Assembly (NCBI GenBank): GCA_030141605.1 | Contig: JAQGDQ010000366.1 | Span: 169,350 to 233,349, forward strand | Source of the DNA: Tubiluchus corallicola | Lineage: Eukaryota; Animalia; Priapulida | Direction: 5' to 3' | DNA length: 64,000 nt | Shown here: piece by piece, positions 38,421-50,310 of the stretch | Position numbering within the stretch: the stretch's first letter is position 1 | How the letters are laid out: every line of letters begins with the position of its first letter | The notes under the pieces: model-generated | Told to the model about the DNA's origin: nothing | Databases searched by the model: none | What the model saw: the letters and a program-made list of their open reading frames with translations, nothing else | Position numbers and translations under genes: made by a program

Positions 38421-39526
38421 GGGATACAATAAAAACACGAATTTCTACGAGTCTAAAGTTCAAGATACACAAACATTCCCATAATAAAGCGAGCGAAGTA
38501 CTTCAAATATTTACTTATTGGTATAGGAAATATTTACGTGAAGGAATAAATTTATATAATACATTCCAAATGAGTGCAAATGAATAAATGTCCCTTATGA
38601 CACATGCCGAAGTGCTTTAGTGCCCATTTTCTTGTGAGTATCTGAAACAAAAGCAATATACGTATTACGCGTAATTATATATTTATATTACGCTACAAAG
38701 ATATTCATCTACCTAAAGCAAGCAAACCATTTAAATATTTTACAAGTGAAGCCAGTCTCACATGAAGAATCGCACCATTCTATTAGCGGAGGTAAAAAAA
38801 TCAATTAATTACACAAACGAGGCCTTGTTTGTCAAATTATATAACGACAAAAAACGTTATTTTTGCCAAATTTAAATCAAACTCCCGGTCGTAACTGTAA
38901 AATTTATTACATTTCATAGTTAAAAACATACTATTTTATATAGTTTTTCTCACGTACTGCATATTAGGCGTAGGTGAAAAAGCACTATAGGCGAGTAACA
39001 TGATGCCAGATATTAGGGTACTGATTTTGCCTTTCTCACTGCAGGAGATGAAAATTGTACAGATGCAAGCAAGTGTGCATGCGATATAGACAGTAATTTG
39101 TTTTTAATATATACAGTCAAATGCCAGTAATACGATTTTCAAGGGATGAAAATGTTTTTTTGCGTATTAAGCGGGTTCCGTACCATCCATTAAACGTATT
39201 TTTACTTCTAACGTAAATTAGCAATTAACCGAAGTGTAGTCTCTAAATCAATTTTTTCTTTTGATCGCCTGCTTAAGCACCGTTTCGCGCAAATACAAAC
39301 TGCAACATTATATTAACGTATTGCCATTCAGTCGCTCTGGTGAATCTAAAGCAAGTCTGTAAGAAAGGGGTTAGCGGTGCCAGAAAGTTTGTGGTATGTT
39401 GTTTTATGCTGCTATTGTTTGAAATGTAATACATCACAATGTTAAATGAACACCTACACAACAAAACTACTAGCTCCGCTGCTAATGATACTACAACTGG
39501 ATACGTGCGAGACCTAGCTGTTTAGT

Positions 39527-39968
39527 TATGGTTACCATATTGTCTGAGTTGCAAAAAGAGGACACTTTTTTGCACACTTCTAAGTAGGCCAAAATGACCA
39601 GTCTAGGTCATCCACTTCAACAAATTTGCAGTATTCTTTCAGATGTTCAGTTCGAATACGCCGAGTATCGACAGCGGTGCGAGTCGTGTGACCCATAGTA
39701 ATGTGTGCATCGCTTACTTTTGTTCAGTAAATATGTACACAAAGCTTTTACAAGGGTTGCATTTTGAGATGTTAGCAACATCTTGTACTGAAAATTAATG
39801 GGCTCTTCTTTGTCTTGTACTGTCGTATGCCTCTGCAGTTGGCAACGTCCGTACATACTTCAGGACTGAGGCAAAACCCGGACAAACTGCCGATTTTTTG
39901 AAAACCCGCCCGGACAGAGGCCCAAAAAGAGGACGTGTCCGGGGAAACCCGGACGTATGGTAATCCTA
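39527..39968. mobile_element. hAT-type MITE
   Basis: TATGGTTACCATA ... TATGGTAATCCTA TIRs with a perfect 8-bp TSD TGTTTAGT (39519-39526, 39969-39976). Confidence 0.9.
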
Positions 39969-41004
39969 TGTTTAGTGATTGGAAGCCAGGCAGTGAGAAA
40001 TACACGTAAGGCCGTTTTAAGCTGTTTGAGTGTACAGATCTATACAAAATAACTTCTGATAGTCTCTTACATGTATCAGACGTACGTGCAAGAATCATCA
40101 CTCGAAAATTACCACATCACATGTTATGTGAAAACAGCATCATTGACTGCTAGCATTGCATATGGTTTCCGACGGAGCGAGAAGGTAGGATGCAAATTTT
40201 TGTCACAGTGGGGAGCATTTTTGAAATTAACAAATATTACTGTAATTTATTGTAATGTATGTGAAATTAAGTTAAAATTTATATATTACCGGTAAATAAA
40301 CTAGTGACGGAGCACTCAGTCAGAACATGGAAATCGTCAATGTTGTGCAGGTGCTGCCGTCTGTCGACTACTGCGGCAAGTTTTACACTGGCCTTTTACA
40401 CCGGGCCAGGCACTTGCACGTATCTTACACACTAACACAGTAGGCTATTGGTTTATTACTCGGCCATTGTTGGCATCATTTACTCTGGAAGATCTTAATA
40501 TTTTATGGTCGACTTGTACACAGGTAATATATAAAATGATGCAATTTTTGGTCTCAAAATGCACATCGACTTGTACATAGGGTTGACTTGTACACACGTA
40601 TATACGGTAATTAACCTACTACAGATGAAATACCTTGCATTTTCATCCACTGTAGTGCAAGTAGTGCCTGTGTTAAGTCAACTACTGCTCTCTGCACTGA
40701 TTGATACGTATCTACAGTAAACTCTACAGCTGCAGCTTGAATCACTTCAAATCGTTTTTATCAGCATACAGTCAAGTAGGTGTTAATTTGCTAAATATCA
40801 TTGACACAAATTATCACAACAAATAAAGCCATTTCGATGGCAAAAATCACAACTAATTCAATGCACGGGCGATCTCTCATCAGTTAAAGACTGTCATACG
40901 CAAAAATTTTACATTTCCTCATATTAGGTGCTCAGCATATGACTGTAGGCAGGTAACATAATTCTGTTATGCATACCTTTAACAATGTAATGCATGATCT
41001 TTGA

Positions 41005-41110
41005 CTAGATTATAGTACAAGATTGTTTCTCCTTGAATGGGTTGTCAGATTGGGGTCCTCCGGTAAGCAGCCAATCCGTTTGAGCATGTTGATCGCAATA
41101 TGATTGTAAG
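41005..41110 (-). CDS. Heterotrimeric G-protein gamma subunit, coding exon 2
   Basis: Encodes (D)LQSYCDQHAQTDWLLTGGPQSDNPFKEKQSCTII-stop, with the DxLL, NPF and CAAX motifs of the GGL family. Acceptor TTTCATCTAG. Confidence 0.93.
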
Positions 41111-41775
41111 CTAGATGAAAAAATGAAAAAGTTAGGCAAACAACGTTTAGCAGGTTCTTAGTTTTTGAGTAATGTCTTACAGCTTTAATTTAATTTGAAA
41201 CTAAATTTGTTTACCAATAGTATGTCAAGCTACTCTTAAAACTAACTGTTTCTAAACTGTATATTACTGCAATAATATTTTTATTATTTTGTAATTTTGC
41301 GGTAGCACATATGCTTGCTATTTTTGAGCAAATCATTATAATAATTTGTATAAATATAAAAAATAACAAAGATTTTTTTGGAATTGTATTGAAGAAGTCT
41401 CTTGATAATACACGTGCCAAGCCAAACAGTTTAGCAATGTCACTAAGTTGTGTTTGAAGGAAGACAGGATGATTTTTCATATACGACCCCATTTCCAAGT
41501 CCGATAAAAAGTATACTTAAATAGAATGGACACTTGCCGTAGTACCCATTTTATCATTCATACTCATACTACTACTAGTACTAGTACTAGTATTATGGCA
41601 AAGGCCTAAAATTCAAATGAAATAGATTTACTTTAAAATTTAAGTTTAGTATTTAGATATAGCTGAACTGACTTTTGTTACGATTTGCAATAATAATAAG
41701 AAAATGCAAAAAATTTATCAGCAAGTAATGAGTTCACATTATTTTAACTATGAATTGACTATTTTACAAACTTAC

Positions 41776-41867
41776 TCTGCTATTGCTTGTGACACAGGTA
41801 TTCTTTGTATGCTGGCTTCTTGCTTTAGCTGCATAACTTGTTTTTTCATTGCTTGAACTTGCGACAT
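41776..41867 (-). CDS. Heterotrimeric G-protein gamma subunit, coding exon 1
   Basis: Encodes MSQVQAMKKQVMQLKQEASIQRIPVSQAIA followed by a phase-2 GTAAGT donor; joins exon 2 in frame for 65 aa. Confidence 0.93.
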
Positions 41868-42719
41868 AATTTCAAGTCAAGAATTCCACCAATTTATTAA
41901 CAAGTTTTCAGTTTAATAAGAAAAAAATTTCTGCAGTACAATCAATGAACATAAAAAGTAAGGAAACACCAAAGGCCCAAAGCCAGATATGAGTCAATAT
42001 TCATAATTTCGACACTTCTTCACGACCAAACCGCTAAGCTTAAGGCACTCCTGAGCGACATCCTTAGAACTACAGAGCGCAGACGAAAATTGCGCTAATA
42101 AGCTACTGGCATAGTAGTGTCTGGTTTTTCTACTATGTTGAGGACAGATTTATACTTCCACCTGCCCAGTATCTACAGTAGACGTAACTAATGGGCGTAA
42201 TGATAAGATGAGAGTATAGACTATTATACCTATTTCTGAAGATGTACAAAGGCGGCGAATAGTGCAGAATATTTTATTTTATAAAATAGTACTTTATCAA
42301 AAGACGATCTGTAATAAAGCCCATAATTTTAGTGTGTAAACATCGTTTGCCTGGCCAGATTGTCCTTAGTCTGGCACAACTTGCACATTTGAGGATGTGC
42401 CTGATTTTTCAAACACTTTAGTAATTTTTAACCCAGCCTTTGTCAGATTGGTGTCCAGGTACTTTAAATATTTATAAGGACCTCACAAAATTAACGGAAT
42501 TTCTCATTGTTACGTAATCCTGAGTATAATAACTTTTTAAATTGCTTTTATAAACAAGGAAAATTTTTGTATCAATTTACTAAGGGTGTAATTGGTGCAG
42601 ATCGAACTGAATGACACTAAAATTTACTGGATTCGTTCCTGATGTACACATTAGAACTTAGCTGAAGAGCACAGTGGAGGCCAACCTGATACAACATACT
42701 TCAAACTTCAAGCAATATG

Positions 42720-43080
42720 TAACGTAGAATCTATTCAACGGAAAGTCACGAAGTTAGTACCATGAGTGAAAGATCTACCATACGTAGAGAGAATGCAGAG
42801 ATTAAATTTACCCTCCCTAGGCTTCAGAAGAAAAGAGGTGACGAAATCATCCTGTATTATGTGTACAACAACCATACAAGAATTAATAGCAGAAAATATT
42901 TTTCAGTTAATCCATGTGGAGCGGGATACAAGATTACAAAGTCCAGATGTAGAAACAAGAACAGATTCATTTTCAGAGTGATAAATAAATGGAATTCCCT
43001 CACCAAATTGATATGGAGCACCACGTCAGCAGATCAGTTCAAGAAGAAACTAGACATATATTGGGAACACCATCCAACGA
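42720..43080 (+). mobile_element. CR1-clade LINE ORF2 C-terminal fragment
   Basis: ESIQRKVTKLVP*VKDLPYVERMQRLNLPSL..RR / RGD ... RVINKWNSL ... FKKKLD, with a stop and frameshifts. Confidence 0.85.
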
Positions 43081-43464
43081 ACCAACAAACCAACATTTAT
43101 CTGACCCGTGTGCCATACCACCACTGACCTTGCTTCCTCACCATACCAGACAACTGCCACTTGAGAGACAACTTTAGAGAGATAACAAAAATGTAAAATG
43201 CGAGAGAGAAAACGTGTGATCAAACAATTAACAGAGGTTCAACAGACAGACAACTATGGGCAGAAAGCCTACTCGTAGACTCCGCCCTGTCGATCTACAG
43301 TAATATACATTGATAGGTACAGACTCTGCAGTAAGCAACCGCATATAATACTGTACACACTGAGCTATAATTTTAATGACCCAATACTACTATTACACCA
43401 TACATGTAATTGATTTATACGACTTGAGATTTACGTGAATTATAAGGATCAAGCTCCTCTTAAA

Positions 43465-43989
43465 TATTTTTTATTGTCCACGTCAGCAGATTTGTTCTTA
43501 ATCAATAAGCCTAGAATAATGAAGTTGAACTGAAATCAAAATGTATTTAACTTCTGTTGTTGATTAATAGCATTATTAACCCAAAGTGTTTTTATCATTT
43601 CATAACAATTTTGACCTGTATTTCACACACAGTGCAATCTAAATGCAATTTTTAGTTTAATCAAGATTGACCTTATTTTGTTGCCCGCTAATTAAACTAC
43701 ACGTATATTCTTTTCTCTCGATTATATAGAAAATGTCATAATTTTAAAAATTACTAATGTTTCCTAAATTAAACTGATAACATTAATGCCCACCAGTGTC
43801 TAAAAAATCTTTTTATCTATATTCGGTAAAGGATAGCAGACTAGGTGACTTTATTGTCTTTTCGCTATCCTTTCTCTAGTTCTACATCTATCTATTCATT
43901 TTAACCGTTCTTCAAAACTTATTAAATTCTTTTATTAATCATGTTTTATTGTAACACTATAAAGAGATAAATAAATAAATTGACTTGAA
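43465..43989 (+). mobile_element. 5'-truncated LINE 3' end
   Basis: Absent from the paralogous copy; flanked by TTAAA; 3' stem-loop at 43831-43870; (AAAT)n plus TTGAA-like tail. Confidence 0.7.
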
Positions 43990-44422
43990 TTAAAGTTTTT
44001 TCTTTATTATTTACAACAACCAATGATGTAAATTGGTTGATTTGTTTATTGTTTTGTGGCCGTGAATTGTGTGCTTTATATTGCCAACACTGTTTTTCGA
44101 TTATTGATGATCAGAAGACGTAGTTCCAGCATTTAAATTTCTAACATGCAAAAGTTTTTTGGTCATTTGAATTATTTATTCACAGTCATTGGGAATTAAC
44201 GATAATCATCATAATTACATAATTATTCACTTAATTAATCGTACATAATTATAAATAAATTGCACCATAACGAAGTGGCATGGAAAAACAAATGCGCAAC
44301 ACAACAAATTAGAATAAAAAGTCTTATGATACATACCATATAGATTGATAGGTACACAGACTCTGCAGTAAGCAACCACATATAGTACTGTACACACTGA
44401 GCTATAACTTTAATGACCCAAT

Positions 44423-44780
44423 TGTTGTGGAGATCGCTGGCATCTATTAGAATTACATAGAACATTGTAGAATGTTACGTTGGAATGATTGCCTTACCGT
44501 CTGGAATGTTCTGGAACATTACTTCTGGAAGCTTCTTAGGCGCACTATATAAGGTGAAGCAGGCCGCTGACAAGGGAGCACACAGACGTATACTTACACA
44601 TTCTCTTGTATACATTTTCAGATACGCTTAAACGTTTTCCAGATTTTCACGTTTACTGTAATCATTTCAACGTTCCTTCATACTTTTGTGTTGTAGAATT
44701 CTCGCTAAATAAACTAGTTTTATTTGATGAAATGTTTTTGGTTTTCTCTACGAGCCTTCCGAGAGAAACAAAACACAACA
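44423..44780 (+). mobile_element. Solo LTR, 358 bp
   Basis: TGTTGTG...CACAACA termini with a 5-bp TSD CCAAT; TATATAA at ~44547 and AATAAA at ~44708. The empty site is seen in the paralog at 43381. Confidence 0.92.
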
Positions 44781-46195
44781 CCAATACTACTATTACACCA
44801 TACATGTAATTGATTTACATGACTTGAGATTTACATGAATTATAAGAATCAAGCCCCTCTTAAAGTTTTTTCTTTATTATTTACAACAACCAATGATGTA
44901 AATTGGTTGATTTGTTTATTGTTTTGTGGCCGTGAATTGTGTGCTTTATATTGTTTTTCGATTATTGATGATCAGAAGACAGCTCCAGCATTTAAATTTT
45001 GGTCATTTGAATTATTTATTCACAGTCATTGGGAATTAACAATAATCAACATAATGATAAACAAATTGCACCATAACAAAGTGGCATGGTAAAAATTAAA
45101 TGCGCAACATAACAAATTCAGAATAAAAAATCTTATGACACTTGATGTCACAGTCAGTTCTACAGACAACTTTATACTTTCATGAAACCTGTACTGAATG
45201 CTGGTTCACTATAATTTAGCATTACTATTGATATACCAAATAGTGAGTAGTCATAATGATATCACATACGCGTTTCCCCTGTTTAACCAGGTTGGCAGAA
45301 TACATTACATGTTGGCAAAGATTGTAGGCTTATTACTGCCATTGAGCTTAAAACACTCGTGCATTGTAAAATTTGTTGCATAGTGTAGCAATGAACACAT
45401 TTGAAGTGATTTTACAGGACTCCCATTGATGCAGTGGCTCACAGCTTGTCAAAAAAGATATTATCATACCCATTTGCTGCTTTCCTCATTTTTGTTTTTT
45501 AAGTGGCGTTTACCAGACATCCGGAATGCGTTACTTTTACTTAATGAATTTTGCTCAAAAATTACTTTACATTGTTTTTAATTCACCTGTTTATCAAACC
45601 TGCATTATTCTGTTATTTCTTTCATAGCTATTTGTTTAGATTGTCTACACGCGGCTGGATATGCAATAATCACATACCGCATTCCGGATGTCTCATAAAC
45701 ACCATACAAGTGATGAGCTTCAATCAAGACAAGGATAATGACGAGATTTGTAAACATCTTTAGCCACCAAAATGTCAGAAACTTAACGAAATAATTTGAT
45801 GTACAGTATGTAGCAGCAAATGAGTCATGAGCATGTTTGCCAGAATGTATAGAGACTGATTCAAGATGTAAAACTGTAAAACATCCATTTTGTAAACATT
45901 AATTTTTCTACTGCCGCAAACCATTTCAATGTAGTAAAGCTCATAGAATGTCTAACTTTATTTTGTACTGAAACACAGTAGTTTGCTGGAGCACATTGAC
46001 ATATCACAATTCTTTACTTTGTGCACAAATTCTAGAAGCGATAGTAATTAAAAACGGGCAAAATGTCAATTAAAACTTTTAAAACCATGTTAAATATTTA
46101 ACAACAGCCAACATGTCGAAGTTTGTTATCCGGTCTATCCCTGAGTAACTTTATTTCCGTAAAATGAAAAAACTAAGTTACGCTGACAGCCTTCG

Positions 46196-47134
46196 TCATT
46201 CCAGTACTTTTAACATTTCTTCGTATACTAAAAACGTGATTGCCGTTGCCGGTGTGACGCGCAGAAGACTGGGTAGCATGCCCTTATAAAAACCCCGATA
46301 ACCTTCTAACTTCCAGGTCTTTTTGAACACGTCGAACACGCCGTTGTACTGCGTATGTTGATCTTGCAACCTTGCGCGCAGCACCTGATACGGATAAGTA
46401 GTGGCCGTTGCGATCATTTTCGACAACGCGCCGCAAGCTAAATATTCGATCGAGATCAGCTTCGTATTGTGCGGCCGCTCTCTGTACTGATTCAGACGAA
46501 TTTTTAGCTGTTCATACACCATGAACTGTAAAGCACCGTGCGATATGCCAAACAGTCCAGGAACAAAACCTTTATACAAACCGCGGACGCCTTCATACTT
46601 GTAAATTTTCACTAAGGCATCTGTCACTCCGCTATACTTCTTTCTACTATCGAGGTCTGAAAGGCCGTACTGGAGACAGAGGCGAGTCTTTGTTACCCAG
46701 ATAGGGTTTGTAATTGCTAGAGTTATGACACCAGATTCACATGCGGCGAGTAAATGCTGTCCAGCGTGCAATGGCTGCGAAAAGTCGGAGCCATACATTC
46801 CAGTTTTAATGGAATTGTAAAAGAGAAAATAGAGCCCCCAAGCTGCACCAGCTCCTATCAAATTAGGGGATAGTCCTTGGTACAGTCCAAGAAAACCGTC
46901 AGTCTTTACGATAGTTTTAATGGCATGAATCAGTCCTCGGTACACGGGTCGAGCAGACGTCTGCTGACCGTCGTTTACAGCAAACCGGATCTTTATCAGA
47001 TCCAGCGGATGAACTACCACGGTGGATGTGACTCCTCCGGCAACTCCGGATACTAGATGCTCATACCTGATGTTCCCTAAGAACGAGAAGTAATGGGGCG
47101 ACGTCATTGGAGGAGATATTTGCTTTTGATTCAT
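46196..47134 (-). CDS. SLC25A32: Mitochondrial folate/FAD carrier (SLC25A32/MFT-like), intronless CDS, 312 aa
   Basis: Three carrier repeats (HPLDLIKIRF, NPIWVTKTRL, YPYQVLRARLQDQH) and the AWGLYFLFYN motif characteristic of SLC25A32. The start is set at MNQKQ because a splice acceptor (TTTTTTGTTTAG) lies at ~47169. Confidence 0.92.
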   Translation of the reverse strand: MNQKQISPPMTSPHYFSFLGNIRYEHLVSGVAGGVTSTVVVHPLDLIKIRFAVNDGQQTSARPVYRGLIHAIKTIVKTDGFLGLYQGLSPNLIGAGAAWGLYFLFYNSIKTGMYGSDFSQPLHAGQHLLAACESGVITLAITNPIWVTKTRLCLQYGLSDLDSRKKYSGVTDALVKIYKYEGVRGLYKGFVPGLFGISHGALQFMVYEQLKIRLNQYRERPHNTKLISIEYLACGALSKMIATATTYPYQVLRARLQDQHTQYNGVFDVFKKTWKLEGYRGFYKGMLPSLLRVTPATAITFLVYEEMLKVLE

Positions 47135-47289
47135 TCTGGTTTTCAGTCCATTAGCATTCACAGCAAAGCTAAACAAAAAACAAATGCAATATTTACAGGA
47201 TAAGAAAACCATCTACTTACAGAAAACTAAAAACTTGTCTTGAAATTTTGTATCACCTACATACTGTATTATTGTGCATAGAGCTTGCG

Positions 47290-47856
47290 TCGGCAGTAAC
47301 TCTGTATGCAGCTTGAAAATTTAAACTCCCGTGATGACCATTAGATGCAGCCATTTTGACAATAAGTAATTTGAACACTGATTCAAGTTTGAAAAAATAA
47401 TCAGAGCATTTACAGTACACATGTCCCTAACTAAGTAAAGTTTTAGATTACTGTATCTTGTCAATAAGATTAAAAATACGTTTTTGCTCTAACTAAAATA
47501 GTTAGTGAGTGATGCACCCTGGAGGTGAGTCAATGACATTTTACTAATTCGTCAAAACATTTTATATAATTAATAATTTTTTTCTAGTTACACAAGTCTT
47601 TCAAGCAGGTAAGCGAAATGCTAAGTAATATAACTTTGCATGAAAAGTTTTTTTTGAGACATAGTTCGACATTTCCTTTTCTTCCTCTGATTTATGTTGT
47701 GTGCATATGACCTCATGTAATGGTGCGGTCGGAACAGTATTGCGGGAAATTTAAAATGAAAACAAACAAAAAATCCTTTCAACACAAATATGATATACAC
47801 ATAAAATTGCTATAAAATAATATAATTTTTATTCGGGTAACCCTTTTCTTGTCCCT
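47290..47856 (-). mobile_element. TTAA MITE family A, inverted copy
   Basis: Reverse-complement homolog of 2965-3520; ends CCCTTTTCTTGTCCCT|TTAA. Confidence 0.7.
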
Positions 47857-49912
47857 TTAAGTTCAGTTAGTTTAGTTTATTCTTCAAAATGCCATGAGAT
47901 TACGTACAGCATTACAAACATAATGATACATTACAATATAAACTTTCGTACAAAAAACAAGTCAAAATTCAGAATTGTAAGTAGTTTAAAACAACCTTAC
48001 ATAAAATTGTGTAAAGTTTAAAAAAATAATCAAAGCACTCGTAGTGCACACGTTGCTTACGTGGATAATCAATATACTTGTCAAATAGACTGGAAGCATA
48101 TTTTAGCATTACTTTTCGTTATTTTGATAAAATAAAGCTCTTTAGTCAAAACAAATTGAGGACAATTGCTGCATCAGAGGACTTGGCTGTATGGCTTCCA
48201 GCACCACTTTACTTGATTACAAATGTTAAATGTATCAAATTTCCCACGATTCAGTTTTGCGTAAATATCTGCTGTACTTTTCCTTCGTATGCTCTTGTGC
48301 TAACATTTTTTTTGGTATTCGAATATTTCATTTATGTACATTAATATGAAAATCTTTGTGCGGTGAAAACTAAGCAGTTGCCTAACGTTGCACATTCATA
48401 AAATCCACAAGATGTACGATAGTCAAAAATTTGTTCTAGGACTCCTAGCATTCCTAAACTGTGATAAAGATATTACACATTAGTTTGTAGAAAATTATCA
48501 AAACTTGTGCTTCATTGCAAATCATACATCAGAGGAAGTTAGTCTGAATTTCTGCAATCGGGGAGGTTTACACATGTAGGTCACTTAAATCTTTACCGGG
48601 TTACTTTATTTTTTCCGCTGTACAAGACCTACATAGAATACTGTTCTAAAACATGGCCACCTAGTTTAACCCGAGAATGTACCTTGTTGAAAAACATTCA
48701 GAAGAGCTGTGTAGCTTCTGAATGACCTACTGGTCATCTCTGAAGGACAAAATGTATGAAAAAGCCTTATATAACTGCAGGTTTTATATTCTACCAGTAA
48801 AAGTACACAGTTATTTGACAGAAACCAATCATTTCAAATGAACAATTTAAAATTTTATTTTAACCGGTTACAAAATCGTACTAAACTGCAAAGAAAATGT
48901 ACGTCATCAAAACATCAAATGCAATTCAGGATTTCACATATAAAACAGCTTTAGTAGCATCTATGTTAGTGACAATAACAAGATTACGACAGCAAGTTTG
49001 ATTTGTCAACATGAGAACTCCAATTGCAAGAAATGCATTATTATTATTATTATTTGTATTTATATAATCAGAGACAACAGGTACCACTGATGGCAAAAAG
49101 CGTTTATACGTGTAGTTTATAAACTACGCATAAACAATGAGTGTTTATACGGGTAGCAAAAATCAGACATGGGTATCCTTTCCTTGTACCTGTCAGGTAC
49201 TCAGATGCCCGTTTGTTAAGATTCGCTGGCAGTGAAGAAATTAAAGTCATTTATATCGCAAATAAAAACAACCATTGGTGCATTTTGACAAACTGCACTG
49301 TTCTGTTAACAATAAGCCTTCAGTTATTACATGCCGACGGGCTGCGCACACGACATGTGAGTCGGAAAAGTTAGTGTTTTTCCACCCAAGGCATTTGACT
49401 GAGATTTGCTTAATTACTTTATTGCACGCTTTAAATATCAATGGTATCAATGAGCGCTATTAATAATTTATATTACCTTTTTACAATCAGTATACTCGTA
49501 TGTTTCTTAGTGGCCTGAAATAGGTTTTTAAACGTTAATAAGCAGTATCGTTTGGATAATTAGCCTCTCCGTAATGAAATCACAGTTTGTTCTTGTGTTT
49601 TGTAAGTCACGCCTATGGCAGAAATAATTTGGTCTGCCATCTCCCAACTGGCTGTTGGGCTGACGTACTGCCAAAGCAGCAGTTAATAGTCTGCCAGCAG
49701 GTGGAGTAAAAGTGCAGAATGTGGAATTTAGATTTTAATTTCTTAAACAATGGATATCGTATTGCAAATAATGTTAGCATTTTCATTGTTGGCACCGGGT
49801 AGAAATATTGGGTTTGGGTAATAGATGATGCAGGTAATTACTTGGGTAAATGATGAAACCGCAAGTATCTATGGGCCGCATAAGTGTAGGAGTAGTAATT
49901 CTCACGGTGTTC

Positions 49913-50310
49913 TGTAACGGGCGTTTTCCCGGACCCAACTCACGATTTTTTCGAAATTTTGGTCAAACAGCCTGCAGAAATAACGTGTTCTAGTGGTGCC
50001 TGGTGGGACTCTTGGAAGGAGATATATAGCTCTCTAGAAAGAGGAAGAACAGGGCTACACGATGATGTGAGCTATATTTTAGGACACGTCCACCAAAAGG
50101 AGTATCGACGAGCTGATTAGATGTTCTATTTTCGGGAAAATTGCTGACGCAAAGCCATTGTTCTAACGTCATCCATTATACTCTGCCTATAGCTTTAATT
50201 CAGTAAAAGCTGCTGCTGCTGGCTTTGCCCTATAAGTGAGGACTGTGTAGGATGTTCGCGTATTATTGATAAGTGTATTTATACGCAAAATTTTTTGCGG
50301 CGCCTTTACT
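49913..50310 (+). mobile_element. Second, 5'-truncated copy of the 1399-2134 repeat
   Basis: Colinear similarity with ~1725-2130. Confidence 0.75.

Larger units (their letters stand above)
43309..45140. repeat. Tandem duplication of a ~0.45-0.5 kb unit, each copy with a different insertion
   Basis: ATTGATAGGTAC begins copies at 43309 and 44344; the copies are colinear apart from the insertions. Confidence 0.9.

Noticed and set aside
47135-47212. 26-aa N-terminal extension of SLC25A32 in the ORF track
   Set aside because: It runs through a polypyrimidine tract and AG acceptor at ~47169-47181, so it is most likely intron plus 5' UTR.
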